NCBI GenBank assembly: GCA_964016885.1
Contig: OZ024741.1
Coordinates: 20,956,001-21,020,000 of the forward strand
DNA: 64,000 nucleotides
Reading direction: 5' to 3'
Source: Eledone cirrhosa
Taxonomy: Eukaryota
Part shown: piece by piece, positions 51,268-63,720 of the stretch
How positions within the stretch are numbered: the first letter of the stretch is position 1
How the letters are laid out: each line of letters starts with the position of its first letter
Notes under the pieces: generated by a model
Seen by the model: the letters and a program-made list of their open reading frames with translations, nothing else
Databases searched by the model: none
Told to the model about the DNA's origin: nothing
Program-made: the position numbers and the translations under genes

Positions 51268-51677
51268 TAGTCCAGCAGTCGCAAGCGGTGGGAGGGACCG
51301 TCCTAACGATGGCCAGTTAAGCCTGAAATGCATAGACGGTTGTCCCCCTTGCTTCTGCTGGACATCACCCCGGTGTTTGCATAGCTACGGCTTCCTAAAA
51401 CCGTATTTCTTTGGAGAAACGAATTATTTATACATATTGTATATAGCTATGCTTGAAGCGAAATCCTATTTCTTTTCTATTATAAGTTGAGCCAACTTAT
51501 GCAGCTTCATATGCAAATGAGATTAATCACCTCATTTACACAGACTAGAAAACTATATATTCTCGCCTGTCTTCTAGTCCAGCAGTCGCAAGCAGTGGGA
51601 GGGACCGTCCTGACGATGGCCAGTTAATCCTGAAATGCATAGACGGTTGTCCCCCTTGCTTCTGCTGGACATCACCA
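51268..51677 (+). mobile_element. Retrozyme-like unit: 307-nt monomer delimited by two tandem hammerheads
   Basis: ~100-bp direct repeats start at 51268 and 51575. Ribozymes at 51297-51340 and 51604-51647 read ACCGTC-CT(G/A)ACGA-TGGCCAGTTAA(G/T)CCT-GAAA-TGCA-TA-GACGGT. Begins at (TA)n. Confidence 0.8.
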
Positions 51678-52106
51678 GAGGGCGTTAGCCCCCCTGTATA
51701 AATAATATGTTTTCCAACGCGCTAAGAAAGTTCTGGAGGATACCAGGCGATTTGAAATTGGATACATTAAGTTTCTTTCTTTATCTAAGAGAGGGTGAAT
51801 TCTGAAAACAAAGCCTTGGGCGTAAGATGTTTTGGTCTTGCCAATTTATGTGTCACACCAATATAACCTTCTTTGGTCAAGAAGTGGGGATCGTTCTGTG
51901 CAAGTTATGGCCACTCAAAACATATTACTCAGCACAGGTATGTTTTGTACAACAGAACATATATCATAACATATCAACAGGTATTATGGTTGGCAGAAAT
52001 ATAAAAATGCATAATTAATTTATGAAATGCCTCAAATATAACCAATAAATGACAATAATGGCTTGTGAACAGGTCTGGCTCAGCAGGTGCCCCCAGTGCG
52101 CATGTG

Positions 52107-52111
<5 letters not shown>

Positions 52112-52168
<57 letters not shown>
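52112..52168. repeat. (TG)n microsatellite
   Basis: Direct reading. Confidence 0.97.
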
Positions 52169-52170
<2 letters not shown>

Positions 52171-52540
52171 TTATCAGTTTGACACAACAGCAAGTTAAAT
52201 ATCAAGTTTTAAGTTAAAGGTTAACTTAGCCAGAAATAACAAGCGAGAGAGAAAAATAAAGAGACAGACAGAGAGAGAACGAGGGGAGACAGACAGACAG
52301 GCAGCTAGATAGATAGATACATTTCTTTATTAGCCACAAAGGCACAAAAGAAGGTGACAAATACAAATGGGGAGTTTACATACAGGTATATGAAAATAAA
52401 ACTATTAATAAAATAACAAATAACAATTGAAATCCCCAATAGGGCGGATGTGTTACACAGGGGTTGTACATACCCCGAAAAAATGTACAACCCTCATCTC
52501 CAGGAGCACCAAGAGTGAGTACTCCCTTCCTCTCCTCAAC

Positions 52541-55467
52541 CTACAGGCTTATATAGAGAGAAGGCCCAACCACTCGGGCCATCTTTGCCACATTCACCCA
52601 CCTTTTATAACATTTGTTGGGGTACAGCACCTCTCTCTCTATCCTGATTCTTCTTCCAAAATGATATTTGAAAAAACGAATCAGTTGCTCGCCGGAGAGA
52701 AAGGTGTCTGACCTCAGCCCTTTTTACCTCGATTACCATATAACCTCTTTCACCATAGCCATAACACATAGGAAAACCGCCTCTCCTTCGTTTTTGAGGG
52801 AGGGTGGCGGTTTGATCATGACAATGGACTCGGTGGTGAACTGGATTGGTCCCACCCGCAACAATAGTCGTTCTACATAGACCCACAAGTCGGTAACGCC
52901 CGGGCAGTGTACAAATGTGTGCGCGACGGATTCCTCGTCGCACACGCATCTCGGACATATCTTTTTCGAAGGGTCCCTGCCCGGGTGCCCATGTCTGTAG
53001 AGCTTGTCTCGAACTGGTAGAGCTCCTCGGTAGCACTGCCAGGCCAGGGATTTTGGGAAGTTGTCCATTGGTCCCGGGCGGAAGGTCCTATCGAACAGAC
53101 TGGCCAGTTCGTCCTCCTCTACGCCTAGAGTTTCTCCGAGCGCGTCGTCGCACTTGCTGCGGACCAACCCTCTATAGAATGTCGAAGTGGAGTCTCCACT
53201 GATCGCCGGGTCCATTTGCCAGAGGACTGTGAGTGCCTGAGCACATTCGATGTGCCAGTCGCCAATTTTCCTCGGTCTTTGCTTGACCCAGGACTGCAGC
53301 TCGGTCAGCAAGACGAGTCGTGGGAAGGTTCGCCTCACGAGCGGGGCCCACACCGGTTGTCCGGTGAGGAATACGTGGAGGTGCCGCAGCCTGAGCGCGT
53401 GTTTGCGCATCGTCAGCCACGGCATCCCAGCCCTCCGTTTGAAGGGTGTTGGCAACAGATGGATCTTCTCACCAAAGGAGCCCGTTTCTTCCAAAGGAAT
53501 TGGAAGAGAGCGCGCTCCATTTCCATTTTGGTGAACGTTTTGGCTAGACAAGGCACAACGGTCAAGCGATAGCTCCGAGAGGTAGCCGTTCACCTTGACC
53601 CTTGAGCAGATGTTGCTGCTGTGCATTGCAGCAATCCAGCCCCTGAACACGGGTCCGAAGCCTGCCGCCTCGAGCACCGCATCCAGGTAACGATGGTCAA
53701 CCCTATCGAAAGCCTTAGACTGATCCAAGTTTATCAGGGCCCCACCGAAGCCAGGTTCACACCCTACCCTCTCTATGATGTATCGCATGAGGTGGAGGTT
53801 GTCGTGTATGGACCTGGTCGGGATTACGCATGTCTGCGCTTCTCCCACCAGGTTCTCGACGACAAGCGCCAGCCTCTTTGCCAACACCCTGGCCAAAATC
53901 TGTAACTCTGTGTTTAGCAGAGTTATGGGCCGGAAGTTGCCTATGTCATCCACCTTATTCTCGTCCTTCCTGATTAGTGTGACCACGCCCCCGGTTACAG
54001 AACTGGGAATTCTCCCGTTCTGTTGCCAGTTGCAGTAGACCGCTTCCAGGAGACCGGAGAATAAGTCCGGCATTGCTACGTAAAATTCGTAGGGTAGACC
54101 GTCGAGACCTGGAGATTTGCGTTTGCCGCATTGGCTCAGCGCGTCCCCTATCTCAGTGGCTGAAATCGGCTTTTCGCAGAACTTTGCCTCGCTGTCCGAG
54201 AGTCGCGGTAGGCCGTCGAGGTATGGACCGAAACCCATAGCCTCTCCCCCCCCCCGAACAGCTGAGCAAAGTGCCGCTGAAAAGCCGCACACATCTGCTT
54301 CGGCTCACGTATCACGCGTCCATTTTGGTCCTTCAAAGACCCAATCATGGACTTGTTGCCACTTTTTGCCTCCGTCACTCGGGCCCAGCTAACAGCTTTG
54401 GCTCCCTCGTTTCCCAGAGCACGTATTTTGCTTCTGACAACGCAGCCCTCGTGCTTTGCGTCGAAGAACTGGTCCAAGGCCGTTCTCGTTGCTAGCACGC
54501 TGGCTACGTTGCCACTTCTAATTGCCTCTTCTACTTTATCTACCAGTTCCTTCTCGGTTCTATTTCTATCTAACACTAATTCTTTACTAAAACTATCGAG
54601 TCTAATCTAACTACCCTCTTGAGAGAGTACCACCATCTGTTGTTGACAATGGCTCCCGTCAAGTGCTGTTTAACTAAAGTGCTAATCCGTCTACTGTAGG
54701 CTTTGCTTGTCGGTAACGACAAGTTCAGCTTCCAGTAACCGGGTCCTTGTCTATGGGTTCTATCAAGGTTGGCCATGCAGGTCACTAGTTTGTGAACTGA
54801 ATAGGCAACCATGAACATGTGTGGACAGCTTAACATGTCCCTATCCTTATTTCTAACTAGAACCCTATCTAGGTACGATCTAGATGTTCCGTTACGATTA
54901 CTCCACGTCCACAGTGGCGCAGTCGGAAAATCTAGTCGATATCTATCGGCCAGCTCAAATCGGTCGATTAACTGTTTGAGGCTGTTACACCCCCCTTTAT
55001 CGGGACATTCTCCCACATAGTCCCAACGTGCATCTAGGATTCCATTCCAGTCCCCCACTAAAAGCAAGGAGCGGGACGTTCCCAGAAAAGTCTCTAGACG
55101 TTTGAAGAAGTCTGGCCGCGGTGTCCCGGATGGGGCATATGCGGCCACCAGCCTGAAGGCTCCACCTTCACTACCGTCAACGTCTAGGACCACCAGTCGA
55201 CCCTCCGGGTCCAGATGTGCCGTCTGTGTTACGAGGCCCAGGTGTTTCCGCAGCAAAACGGCAACTCCGCCCCAACAGTTGACAGAGAGATGCGTAGATC
55301 TCAAAGTCATCGAAGATGGGGGCCAGCTGTCGCTCGCTGTGGATCCTGGACTCGCAAATGGCTACCACATCCATACTGTGCGACCTGAGGTCGTTTAAGA
55401 GTTTGTCCTGTTTCCAGGGCATCCCCAGGCCGCGTACGTTCACACATCCAACTCTTATATTGGCCAT
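52541..55467 (-). pseudogene. Tx1 copy B ORF2 (APE-RT), lacking ~500 bp including the YADD motif
   Basis: CVNVRGL, GDWNG, SYLDR, KSPGLDGL, DQSKAFDRVDH. NGYLS is joined directly to YRLTVVPC at ~53572. Ends GPSLYISL*. Confidence 0.92.
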
Positions 55468-55500
55468 GTTGGTGCTGAAAAGTTAAAAGAGGAAAAGAGA

Positions 55501-57422
55501 TCACTCACCCTTCGTCTCCTGGGGACCAGGCCGCACGATTTCCATGGGGGTGTTGGAGGGGTTGTCTGGATGGGTGGTGGTTTCCGGCGGGGTGGGGACG
55601 GAGATGTTTGGTGGAGTGGGGTCTGGTGGGATGGGGGTGTCTGGGTTGGGGAGACATTTGAGAAGGACGCGGTTGAGTGGTTTCACGCAGGAATTCCCCA
55701 CATCCTTCTCAAATGTTTCTTTTAGGGACCTATAAGTTTGTATAGGGACCCTAATCAGTTTTAGGTTCAGTTTTTTGCTATTTTTAATAGAGTGGGCGAA
55801 AGTTTTCCCTTCGGTTTTCACCGAAGGGTCGTTCGTGATGGTCTCCATTAGTGTTTTGTTTTCAGTGTTTATGTAAGTGTAAGTGTAATTTTCTTGTGTT
55901 GTGTTGTGTTTGTTTTTGTCTGTAGTTCTTGTGTGTGCTTTCGTTTTGTTGTAGGTATTTTGTTTTCAGGAGGTGGGGGTTTTGTTTGTGATGTTTTTGT
56001 TGTTTGTGTTGGTGGTTGTATGTTTGTGGTAGTGTTTGCTGGTTTTTTGCTTTTGTGATGTCTTTTCTTTCTTTTCGAGCGATGGGGTTCTCCCTCGTCT
56101 TCACTGGGTGATGGCGAGATAGCCTCATCTGTTGTATCGTCTGTGTGATTGGGGAGGGCTATGTCTTGGGGAGCTGTTGTGTCTGTATGTGATTTTGCAG
56201 TGGTTTTAGGTGGAGTGGGGTTGGGTGGGACTGTGTTTGTTGTGGTTATTTTTGTGTGTTGGTGTTGTTGTTGTTGTGGTGGTGTTGGTGGTTGTGTTGT
56301 TTTGATGGGTGTCGGCAGAAGAGCCTTTTTTTTATTCATTAATTTAGGACAGGAAACCCTCAGGTGACCCCTGTTAAAGCAATGGTAACATGAAGGCCGC
56401 CTACCCTCAACCGAAAAGTTTATGTAGGTGAGTCCGTCCAGGAGTACACGTTGTGGGATCATAGCTATTCGCTCTGGGCTCATTTGCACCAGAACTTCAA
56501 TGCTAGTCCCATTGAATACATCTCTGGGGCACTTTCCTACTGACAGTATTCTGTCTTCATCAAAATTGATGAAGCCGCACAGTATCCACCATGTGTTCAC
56601 CTTTGGTGTGACACTCGTGATTCTGATCTTTTGTGTCCTTTTTCCCATGTATGTAGGGAAAAAGGTGTACAGGTTGGATACAATTGGCGACACAGAGTAA
56701 TTTTGGGCCGTCAATTGATCCTTCATGAGTACCGAAATACTCCCAAAAAGTTTGCTTCTTTGAATGAATGCAATATCATTCATTGAATTTTTGAAAACCA
56801 GTTCAATTTCTTTCTGTGACAATTGGACTGGTTTTCGGGTAGAATTGGAAACTGTCCAAAAAACTATCGTATTGAGAGCAGTTTCCTTGCGAATTTCTAC
56901 CGGAGAATTGATGCTGAAAGCACCATTTCTTTCGAAAGTGACATATCTCCTAGCGTCCTTTAAAATTTGTTCAGCATTTGTTATGTCGAGATATATCAAT
57001 TCCTCCTTTTTTTGAACTTTCTCTGCAAAGGAGATTTTTGGTTTCTTTGTGGAATCCGTGTTGTTGGTGTTGTCATTATTGTTGTTATTGTTGTTGTTAT
57101 TCTTGTTGTCACCGATGTTGGTATTATCCGTATTTTCCTTGGTGTTGTTGTTGTCTTTGATGCTGGTGTTATTGGTGTTGTCTTTATTTTTTTCTTTGTT
57201 GTTGTTATCATTGTTGCTTTTATCATCATTATTGGTGTTGCTGTTATTTTTGTTGTCATTGAACTGTTTGGTGTCATTTGTGTTGTTTGGATATGAATTC
57301 GTTTTTACATTTTCATTTCGTCTTTCCATCTCTATAGTATCTAGTGAAGAAGACGTTGTTGACTGCGAGCTTTGTAGTCTTACCGCCTCTCCACCACCAT
57401 TATCGTTGGACGCAGCGTTCAT
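55501..57422 (-). pseudogene. Tx1 copy B ORF1
   Basis: 517-aa ORF (Asn-rich, SFAEKV, VEGRRPSCYHCFNRGHLRVSC, Pro/Thr tail) plus the C-terminal piece 55501-55848 ending ETKGE*. Confidence 0.88.
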
Positions 57423-57647
57423 AACGTAATCAAACTTTTACAATATTTTTTCCAAGATTCAATGGAGAAAAATTTTTTTTTTTTTCAAACGGATATTTCG
57501 CCCCTGTAGGGGCGAAAATGAGTTGACCCACCACCTGAAGGTCCAGACGGGGGGTCAAGTTACACAATAATATAAAATTTAACTAAAAACTCACGTTTTT
57601 TTGTAACATAAATTAACGGAAACTTCTCCGCGAAGTTCCACACGTCT

Positions 57648-57660
57648 GATAGAGAGAGAG

Positions 57661-57743
<83 letters not shown>
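57648..57743. repeat. (GATA)n microsatellite between copies B and C
   Basis: Direct reading. Confidence 0.98.
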
Positions 57744-57744
<1 letters not shown>

Positions 57745-58238
57745 TTCTTTATTAGCCACAGGGGCACAAAAGAAGGGGACAAATACAAAGGGGGAAGTTT
57801 ACATACAATAAAAACGTGTAAAATGTTATCACAGATGGAATTTAAAAGTTAGTCGATTTTCCCCAATAGAGGGAGACAGTTTATATGGGTAACACATACC
57901 CCCGAAAAAATATGTGCAATCCTCATCTCCAGGAGTACGAAGAGCTTGTACTCCTTTCCTCTCCTCCTCCTTTTCCTCAACCTACAGGTTGATATAGAGA
58001 GAAGGCCCATTCACTCGGGCCATTCTCGCCACTTTCACCCACCTTTCATAAAACTTGCTGGGGTACAGCACCTCTCTCTCCATCCTGATTCTTCTTCCAA
58101 AGTGGTATTTGAAAAAAAGAATCAGTTGTTGGCCGGAGAGAAAGGTGTCTGACCTCAGCCCTTTCAACCTTGTCCACCATACAACCTCTTTCGCCATAGC
58201 TATCACACAAAGGAAAACCGCCTCTCCTTCGTTTTTGA
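57742..58238 (-). mobile_element. Tx1-clade LINE copy C, heavily 5'-truncated (ORF2 end + 3'UTR)
   Basis: AMAKEVVWWTRLKGL...GPSLYINL*. The 3'UTR is homologous to B and D. (GATA)n on both sides. Confidence 0.92.
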
Positions 58239-58245
58239 TAGATAT

Positions 58246-58327
<82 letters not shown>
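58237..58327. repeat. (GATA)n microsatellite between copies C and D
   Basis: Direct reading. Confidence 0.98.
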
Positions 58328-58542
58328 TTCTTTATTTACCATAAAGGCATAAAAAGAAGGGACAAATACAAAGGGGGAGTTTACATAAAACCGTGTAAAA
58401 AGGGTATAAAATGAAAATAATCAAAAACAACCTCAAAAGGGAGGGGACGTGATGGGGGTTGCACACATTCCCGAAAAAGTGTGCAATCCTTTGCCCAGGG
58501 GAGCACATGGAGAAGGTGCTCCCCTCTTCTTCACATCTTTAC

Positions 58543-61500
58543 CTACAGGATGGTATAGAGAGAAGGCCCATTTACACGAGCCATTCTCGCCACTATCACC
58601 CACCTTTCATAAAACTGTCTGTGGCCAAGCACCTCTCTCTCCATTCTTATCCTTCTTCCGAAGTGATATCGGAAGAAGTAGACCAGACTATGGCCAGAGA
58701 GGAAGTTGCCTGACCTTAGACCTTTCAATCGTGTCCACCAAACAACTTCTTTCAACATGGCTATTACGCACATAAAAACCGCCTTTGCTTCCTTTGTGAA
58801 GAGGGGAGGCGGCTTGATTGTCATCACGGACTCGGCGGTCAATCGAATCAGCGCCACCCGCGACAGCAGTCGTTCGGCGTAGCCCCACAGATCAGCCACG
58901 CCCGGACATTGCACCAATGCGTGCGCAACGGTTTCTTCGTGACGCACGCATCTAGGGCAAATCTTTTTCGAGGGATCCCTGCCCGGGCACCCGTGTCTGT
59001 AGAGCTTTTCTCGAACGGGTAGAGCCCCCGGTAGCACTGCCAGGCCAGTAACTTCTGGAAGTTGTCCATTGGTCCCGGGCCGAAAGTCCTACCGAACAGG
59101 CTGGCCAGTTCGTCCTTTTCCATGTCCAGCGACTCTCCAAGGGTGTCATCGCCCCTGCTAGCCACCAGCCCTCTATAGAATGACGAGGTGGATTCTCCAC
59201 CGATGGCCAGGTCCGCTTGCCAGAGAGCCGTGAGCGCCTGGACACACTCAGTGTGCCAGTCGCCCAGTTTTCCGGATCTTTGCTTGAACCAGGACTGCAG
59301 CTCGGTGAGCGAGACGAGTCTCGGAAAAGCTCGTCTCACGAACGGAGCCCACACCGGTTGACCAGTGAGGAATACCTGTAGGTGCCGTAGCCTTAATGCG
59401 TGCCTACGCATCATCAACCACGGCATCCCCAGCCCTCCTTTCGAAGGTTGTTGGCAGCAGATGGATCTTCTCACCATAGGAGGGCGCTTTTTCCAAAGAA
59501 ATTGAAAGAGCATGCGTTCCATGGTGGTGAGTGTTTCCTTAGGGCAAGGCACGACAGTCAGGCGGTAGTAGGTGACGGACGCTATGTAAATGTTCGCCAC
59601 CTCCGCCCGACCTTTTAGGGACAGTTACACTTGGCCCATTTCTGGGTCAGTGCAAACACCTTGTTCGTAACCTCGCCCCAGTTCTTTTCCACCTGGAGGT
59701 CCGGTCCAAACCAGACCCCAAGCAACTTCACCGGGCCCTCCGTCCAGTGTCCGACGACACCGTCGGGAGGCATCGGTCTGCCTCTCCACGTTCCGAGTTG
59801 CAGCCCGATGGATTTTTCCCGGTTCAGTTTCGCTCCTGACAACCTTTCGTATTCCTCCAGTAAGGTACCGATCGCCTCGATCTCCGAGTCGGTCGATACC
59901 ATTACTGTTACGTCATCGGCGTAGGCCGACACCGCTTTGCTCAATCCTGGTTCCAGGGGGATACCCTGCAACAACTCCAACTTCCTCAGTAAAGGCTCGA
60001 GAGTCAATACGTACAGAAGGGAGGAGAGAGGGAACCTCTGTCGAATGGATCGTGTGATTTCGAACGGCTTCGAAAGGTAGCCGTTCACCTTGATCCTAGA
60101 ACAGATGTGGTTGCTATGTAAGGCAGTGATCCAGCCTCTGAAAACAGGACCGAACCCAGCCGCCGCTAGCACCGCATCCAGGTAACCATGGTCGACCCTA
60201 TCGAACGCCTTAGACTGATCCAAGTTGATCAGGGCCCCACCGAAGCCGGGTTTGTTGCCAACCCTCTCTATGATGTATCGCATGAGGTGGAGGTTGTCGT
60301 GAATGGACCTGGATGGGATAGCACATATCTGCGCATCTCCCACCAGGCCACCCACGACAAGCGCCAACCTCTTTGCTAACACCTTGGTCAAAATCTTTAA
60401 CTCTGTGTTTAGCAGAGTTATGGGCCGAAAATTATTTATACTATCCCCCTTGTTCTCGTCTTTCCTCACCAGCGAGACTACGCCCTTGGCTACAGAACAA
60501 GGAATTCTCCCGTTCTACTGCCAATTGCAGTAGACTGATTCGAGGAGCTCGGAGAAGAAGACCGGCATTGCTAAATAAAGTTCGTAAGGTATACCATCGA
60601 GACCTGGAGATTTGCGTCTGCTGCATTGGCTCAGCGCATCCCCGATCTCATCAGCCGAGATTGGTCCCTCGCAGGACTCTGCCTCTTCGCTCGAGAGACG
60701 CGGCAGGCCGTCGAGGTATGGACCGAAATCCACGTCCCCGCCCGGACCCTCGCCTCCCCCGAACAATCGGGCAAAGAGCCTTTGAAAGGCCTCGCACATC
60801 TGCTTAGGCTCCCGGATCACCCGTCCATCCTCGTCTTGCAAAGACCGGATGGTGGATCAATTTCCACTCTTAGCTTCTGTCACGCGGGCCCAGCCAACGG
60901 CTTTTGCCCCCTCATTACCTAGAGCACGTATTTTACTTCGAATGATGCAGCCTTCGTGCTTTGCATCGAAAAACTGACTCAAGGCCGTCCTCGATGCCAG
61001 CACTCTGGCCACATCTTCGCTCTTGATTGCCTCTTCTAATTTACCTGTTAATTCTTTCTCGTTCCTATTCCCATCGGCAGCTAACATTTTGCTATAACTT
61101 ATTGATTCTGTTCTAATCTCTCTTTTGAGAGATGCCCACCATCGGTTGTTGACGATTGCATCCGCCAACCTCTCTTTAACTAATCTGCTAATCCGGTTTC
61201 TGTAAGCCTCTTTTGCCGGTAAAGACAAATTAAGTTTCCAGTAACCGGGACCCTGTCTATGTGTTTTCTCGAGATTGACTACGCAGGTCACTAATTTGTG
61301 ATCTGTATAGCCAACCGTGAGCATTTCTGGACAGCTTAATATGTCCCTATCCTTACTTCTAACTAAGAATCTATCTAAGTACGATCTAGATTGACCACTG
61401 TGGTTCGTCCAAGTCCAGGTTGGCACAGTTGGAAAATCTAGTCGATATCTATCGACCAAGTTAAAACGGTCGAGTAACCCCTTGAGGCTGTTACACCCCC

Positions 61501-61977
61501 CTCTATTAGGACATGCTCCTGCATAGTCCCAACGTGCATCTAGGATGCCATTCCAATCCCCCGCTAGAAGCAGGGAACGCGACGTTCCCAGAAAAGTCTC
61601 CAGACGCTGGAAGAAGTCGGGTCGTTCAACTCCGAAAGGGGAGTAGACGGCGACCAGTCTCAAGGCCCACCTCCACTACTGTCAACGTCTAGCACCAACA
61701 AACGACCTTCCGGGTCCGAGTGAACAACCTGTACGGCGAGACCCAGATGTTTTTCCAACAGTACGACAACCCCACCCCCACCTCCAGGTTGACAGAGAGA
61801 TGCATGCACCTCAAAGTCATCGAAGGTAGGGGCCAGCTGCCGCACGACGCTGATCCGAGTCTCACAGATAACCATTACATTTATACCACGTGACCTGAGG
61901 TCATTTAGAAGCTTTGCTTGCTTCCAAGTTGAGCCCAGGCCACGTGCATTCAAACATCCTACTCTTAACACATCCAT
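58543..61977 (-). pseudogene. Tx1 copy D ORF2 (APE-RT-Cys), frameshifted
   Basis: CLNARGL, GDWNG, SYLDR, YTDH, FRPITLLN, DQSKAFDRVDH, YADD, CPRC...HALVQC. Ends GPSLYTIL*. Confidence 0.93.
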
Positions 61978-62010
61978 GTGGGCGGCAAAGCCAAAGGAAA
62001 GTGTAGAGAC

Positions 62011-63720
62011 CTACCTTTCTGCTTCCCGGGGTTCGGATCGCACGACTTCCATGGGGTCGGGGGTGTTGGGTTAAGGGGTGTCTTGTGGTGGTGTGGGGTC
62101 GTCAGTGTGTGGTGGGGTTGGGGTGTTTGGAGTTGTGTTGGGGAGGGGAAGGGGAGGGGGAAAGCTTTTTAGGAGGACGCGGTTTATGGGTTTGACAGAG
62201 GGTGGTCCTACGTCCTCCTTAAAATCCTTTTTTAGTTTTTGGTAGAGGTTCATTGGGATCTTTATTAATTTTAAATGTGGGTAGTTTTCTGAAGAAACAA
62301 AGTTTACCCCTTCGGTTTGTACCGAAGGGTTATTGTTTATGAGTTCATTTAATTTATTATTGTTTCTGTTGATGTAAGTATAGTGTAATGTCTTTTTTTA
62401 GGATGGTGTGAGTGTTTCGAAGAGGGGAGGGGCAGGTTTTGTTTTGTTTGTTGCTGGAGGGGTGTTTTGTGTTTTGTTGGATTGTGTTGACATTTGGGTA
62501 GGGGCTGTTTGGCCTTGTGTGTTTTGCACATGTTTTCTTTTTTTCCTTTTAATCTGTCTGAAGGACTCCGTTTCTTCCTCCGAATTCGTTGGGTTATCTT
62601 CAGTGTTGGAGGGAATAGGTATGTTTGCTGGTAATGTTTCCGTGTTGGTTTTCTTTGTGGGGGAGATGGGTGTCACTATGTTAGACTGTGTTGTGTGTTG
62701 TGGCTGCGGTGGCTGTGTTGTTTTATTGAGTGAGGGGTTGGGTGGGACTGTGTTTTGTTTTTGGGTAATGTGTTGTGTCTGTTTGTGTTGTGGTGGTGGT
62801 GTAGTTTTACTGAGGGACGGGTTGGGTGGGACTGAGTTTTGTTGTTTGTTTATCTGTTGTGGTGGTGGTGGAGCTGGTGGTGGTAGCAGGGTTTTCTTCT
62901 TGTTGAGTTGGGGACAAGCCGCCTTCAGGTGCTCTCTGCCTGCACAGATATGACACGACGGCCTTCTCCCCTCCACGCTAATGTTTATATATCCGTGGTC
63001 CTCTAATAGGATTCTGTCGGGTATTTGGGCAATGCGTTCAGGCTTCATTTGCACTACAAGTTCTATACCTGTTCCACTGAACGCATTGCCTGTGGTTTTC
63101 CCAATGGAAATCACGTTGTCATTCGCTGGATCGATGAAGCCAGCTATGAGCCAGCAGTAGTCCACATCTGGCATCATCGCATCCAGCCATATGCGCTGAG
63201 TTCTTTTACCCATATAAGATGGATAAAAGGTAAAATGTGTCGAACGAATCGGCGACAAAGCATATTTTTTTGCCGCTGATTCGTTCTTCATAATAATGGC
63301 TAGGCTTCCATACAGCCTGTCTCTTCTTATGAAAGTGGCTTCATTAAGTACTTCTGTAAGTACTGCTTTAATTTCTGCTTGTGTTGGTTGTTGAGGTTTT
63401 TTTGAGATGTTGTTGATGGTGCGGAAAACGATCGTCCGACTTTCAATATCTTTGGTGAGTTCTTGGGGCATTTTTACCGATAAGGTTCCATTTTCCCCTT
63501 GAGTTATGTATTGTTTGGCGTTTTTTATTCTTTGTGCCACATCTGAAATATTTTCAGGTATATATGTTAAAGATTTTTTTGTTGTTTGTGCAAATGAAAT
63601 ATTATTGGTGTTGACTTTGTCGTCTGTTTTGCTTTCTGTTATGATGTTGTTTTCAAATGTTATTTTTGTGTTTGTTGTTTCTTTGTTTGTGGTATTAATA
63701 TTGTCATGCAATTCTTTCAA
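62011..63720 (-). pseudogene. Tx1 copy D ORF1
   Basis: 440-aa ORF with VEGRRPSCHICAGREHLKAAC. The C-terminal piece LYQKLKKDFKEDVG...PMEVVRSEPREAER* ends at TAG 62013-62011, with a premature TAA at 62073-62071. The true start is uncertain. Confidence 0.87.

Larger units (their letters stand above)
52320..57647 (-). mobile_element. Tx1-clade LINE copy B, with 5' end and an internal RT deletion, in (GATA)n
   Basis: ORF1+ORF2 homologous to copy A. The 3' end GTGGCTAATAAAGAAAT joins (TATC)n/(TGTC)n. The 5' end abuts (TATC)n at 57648-57743. Confidence 0.93.

Noticed and set aside
51790-51975. Minus-strand IYVL...GYIGVT resembling GIY-YIG
   Set aside because: Spacing is too long, there are two stops between the motifs, and there is no downstream conserved Arg/Glu pattern.
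55475-55508. 34-nt mini-intron in copy B that might fuse ORF1 to ORF2 (GTGAGT...TTTTCAG)
   Set aside because: Splicing would leave the ORF2 ATG out of frame, and copies A and D have no equivalent AG before the ORF2 ATG.
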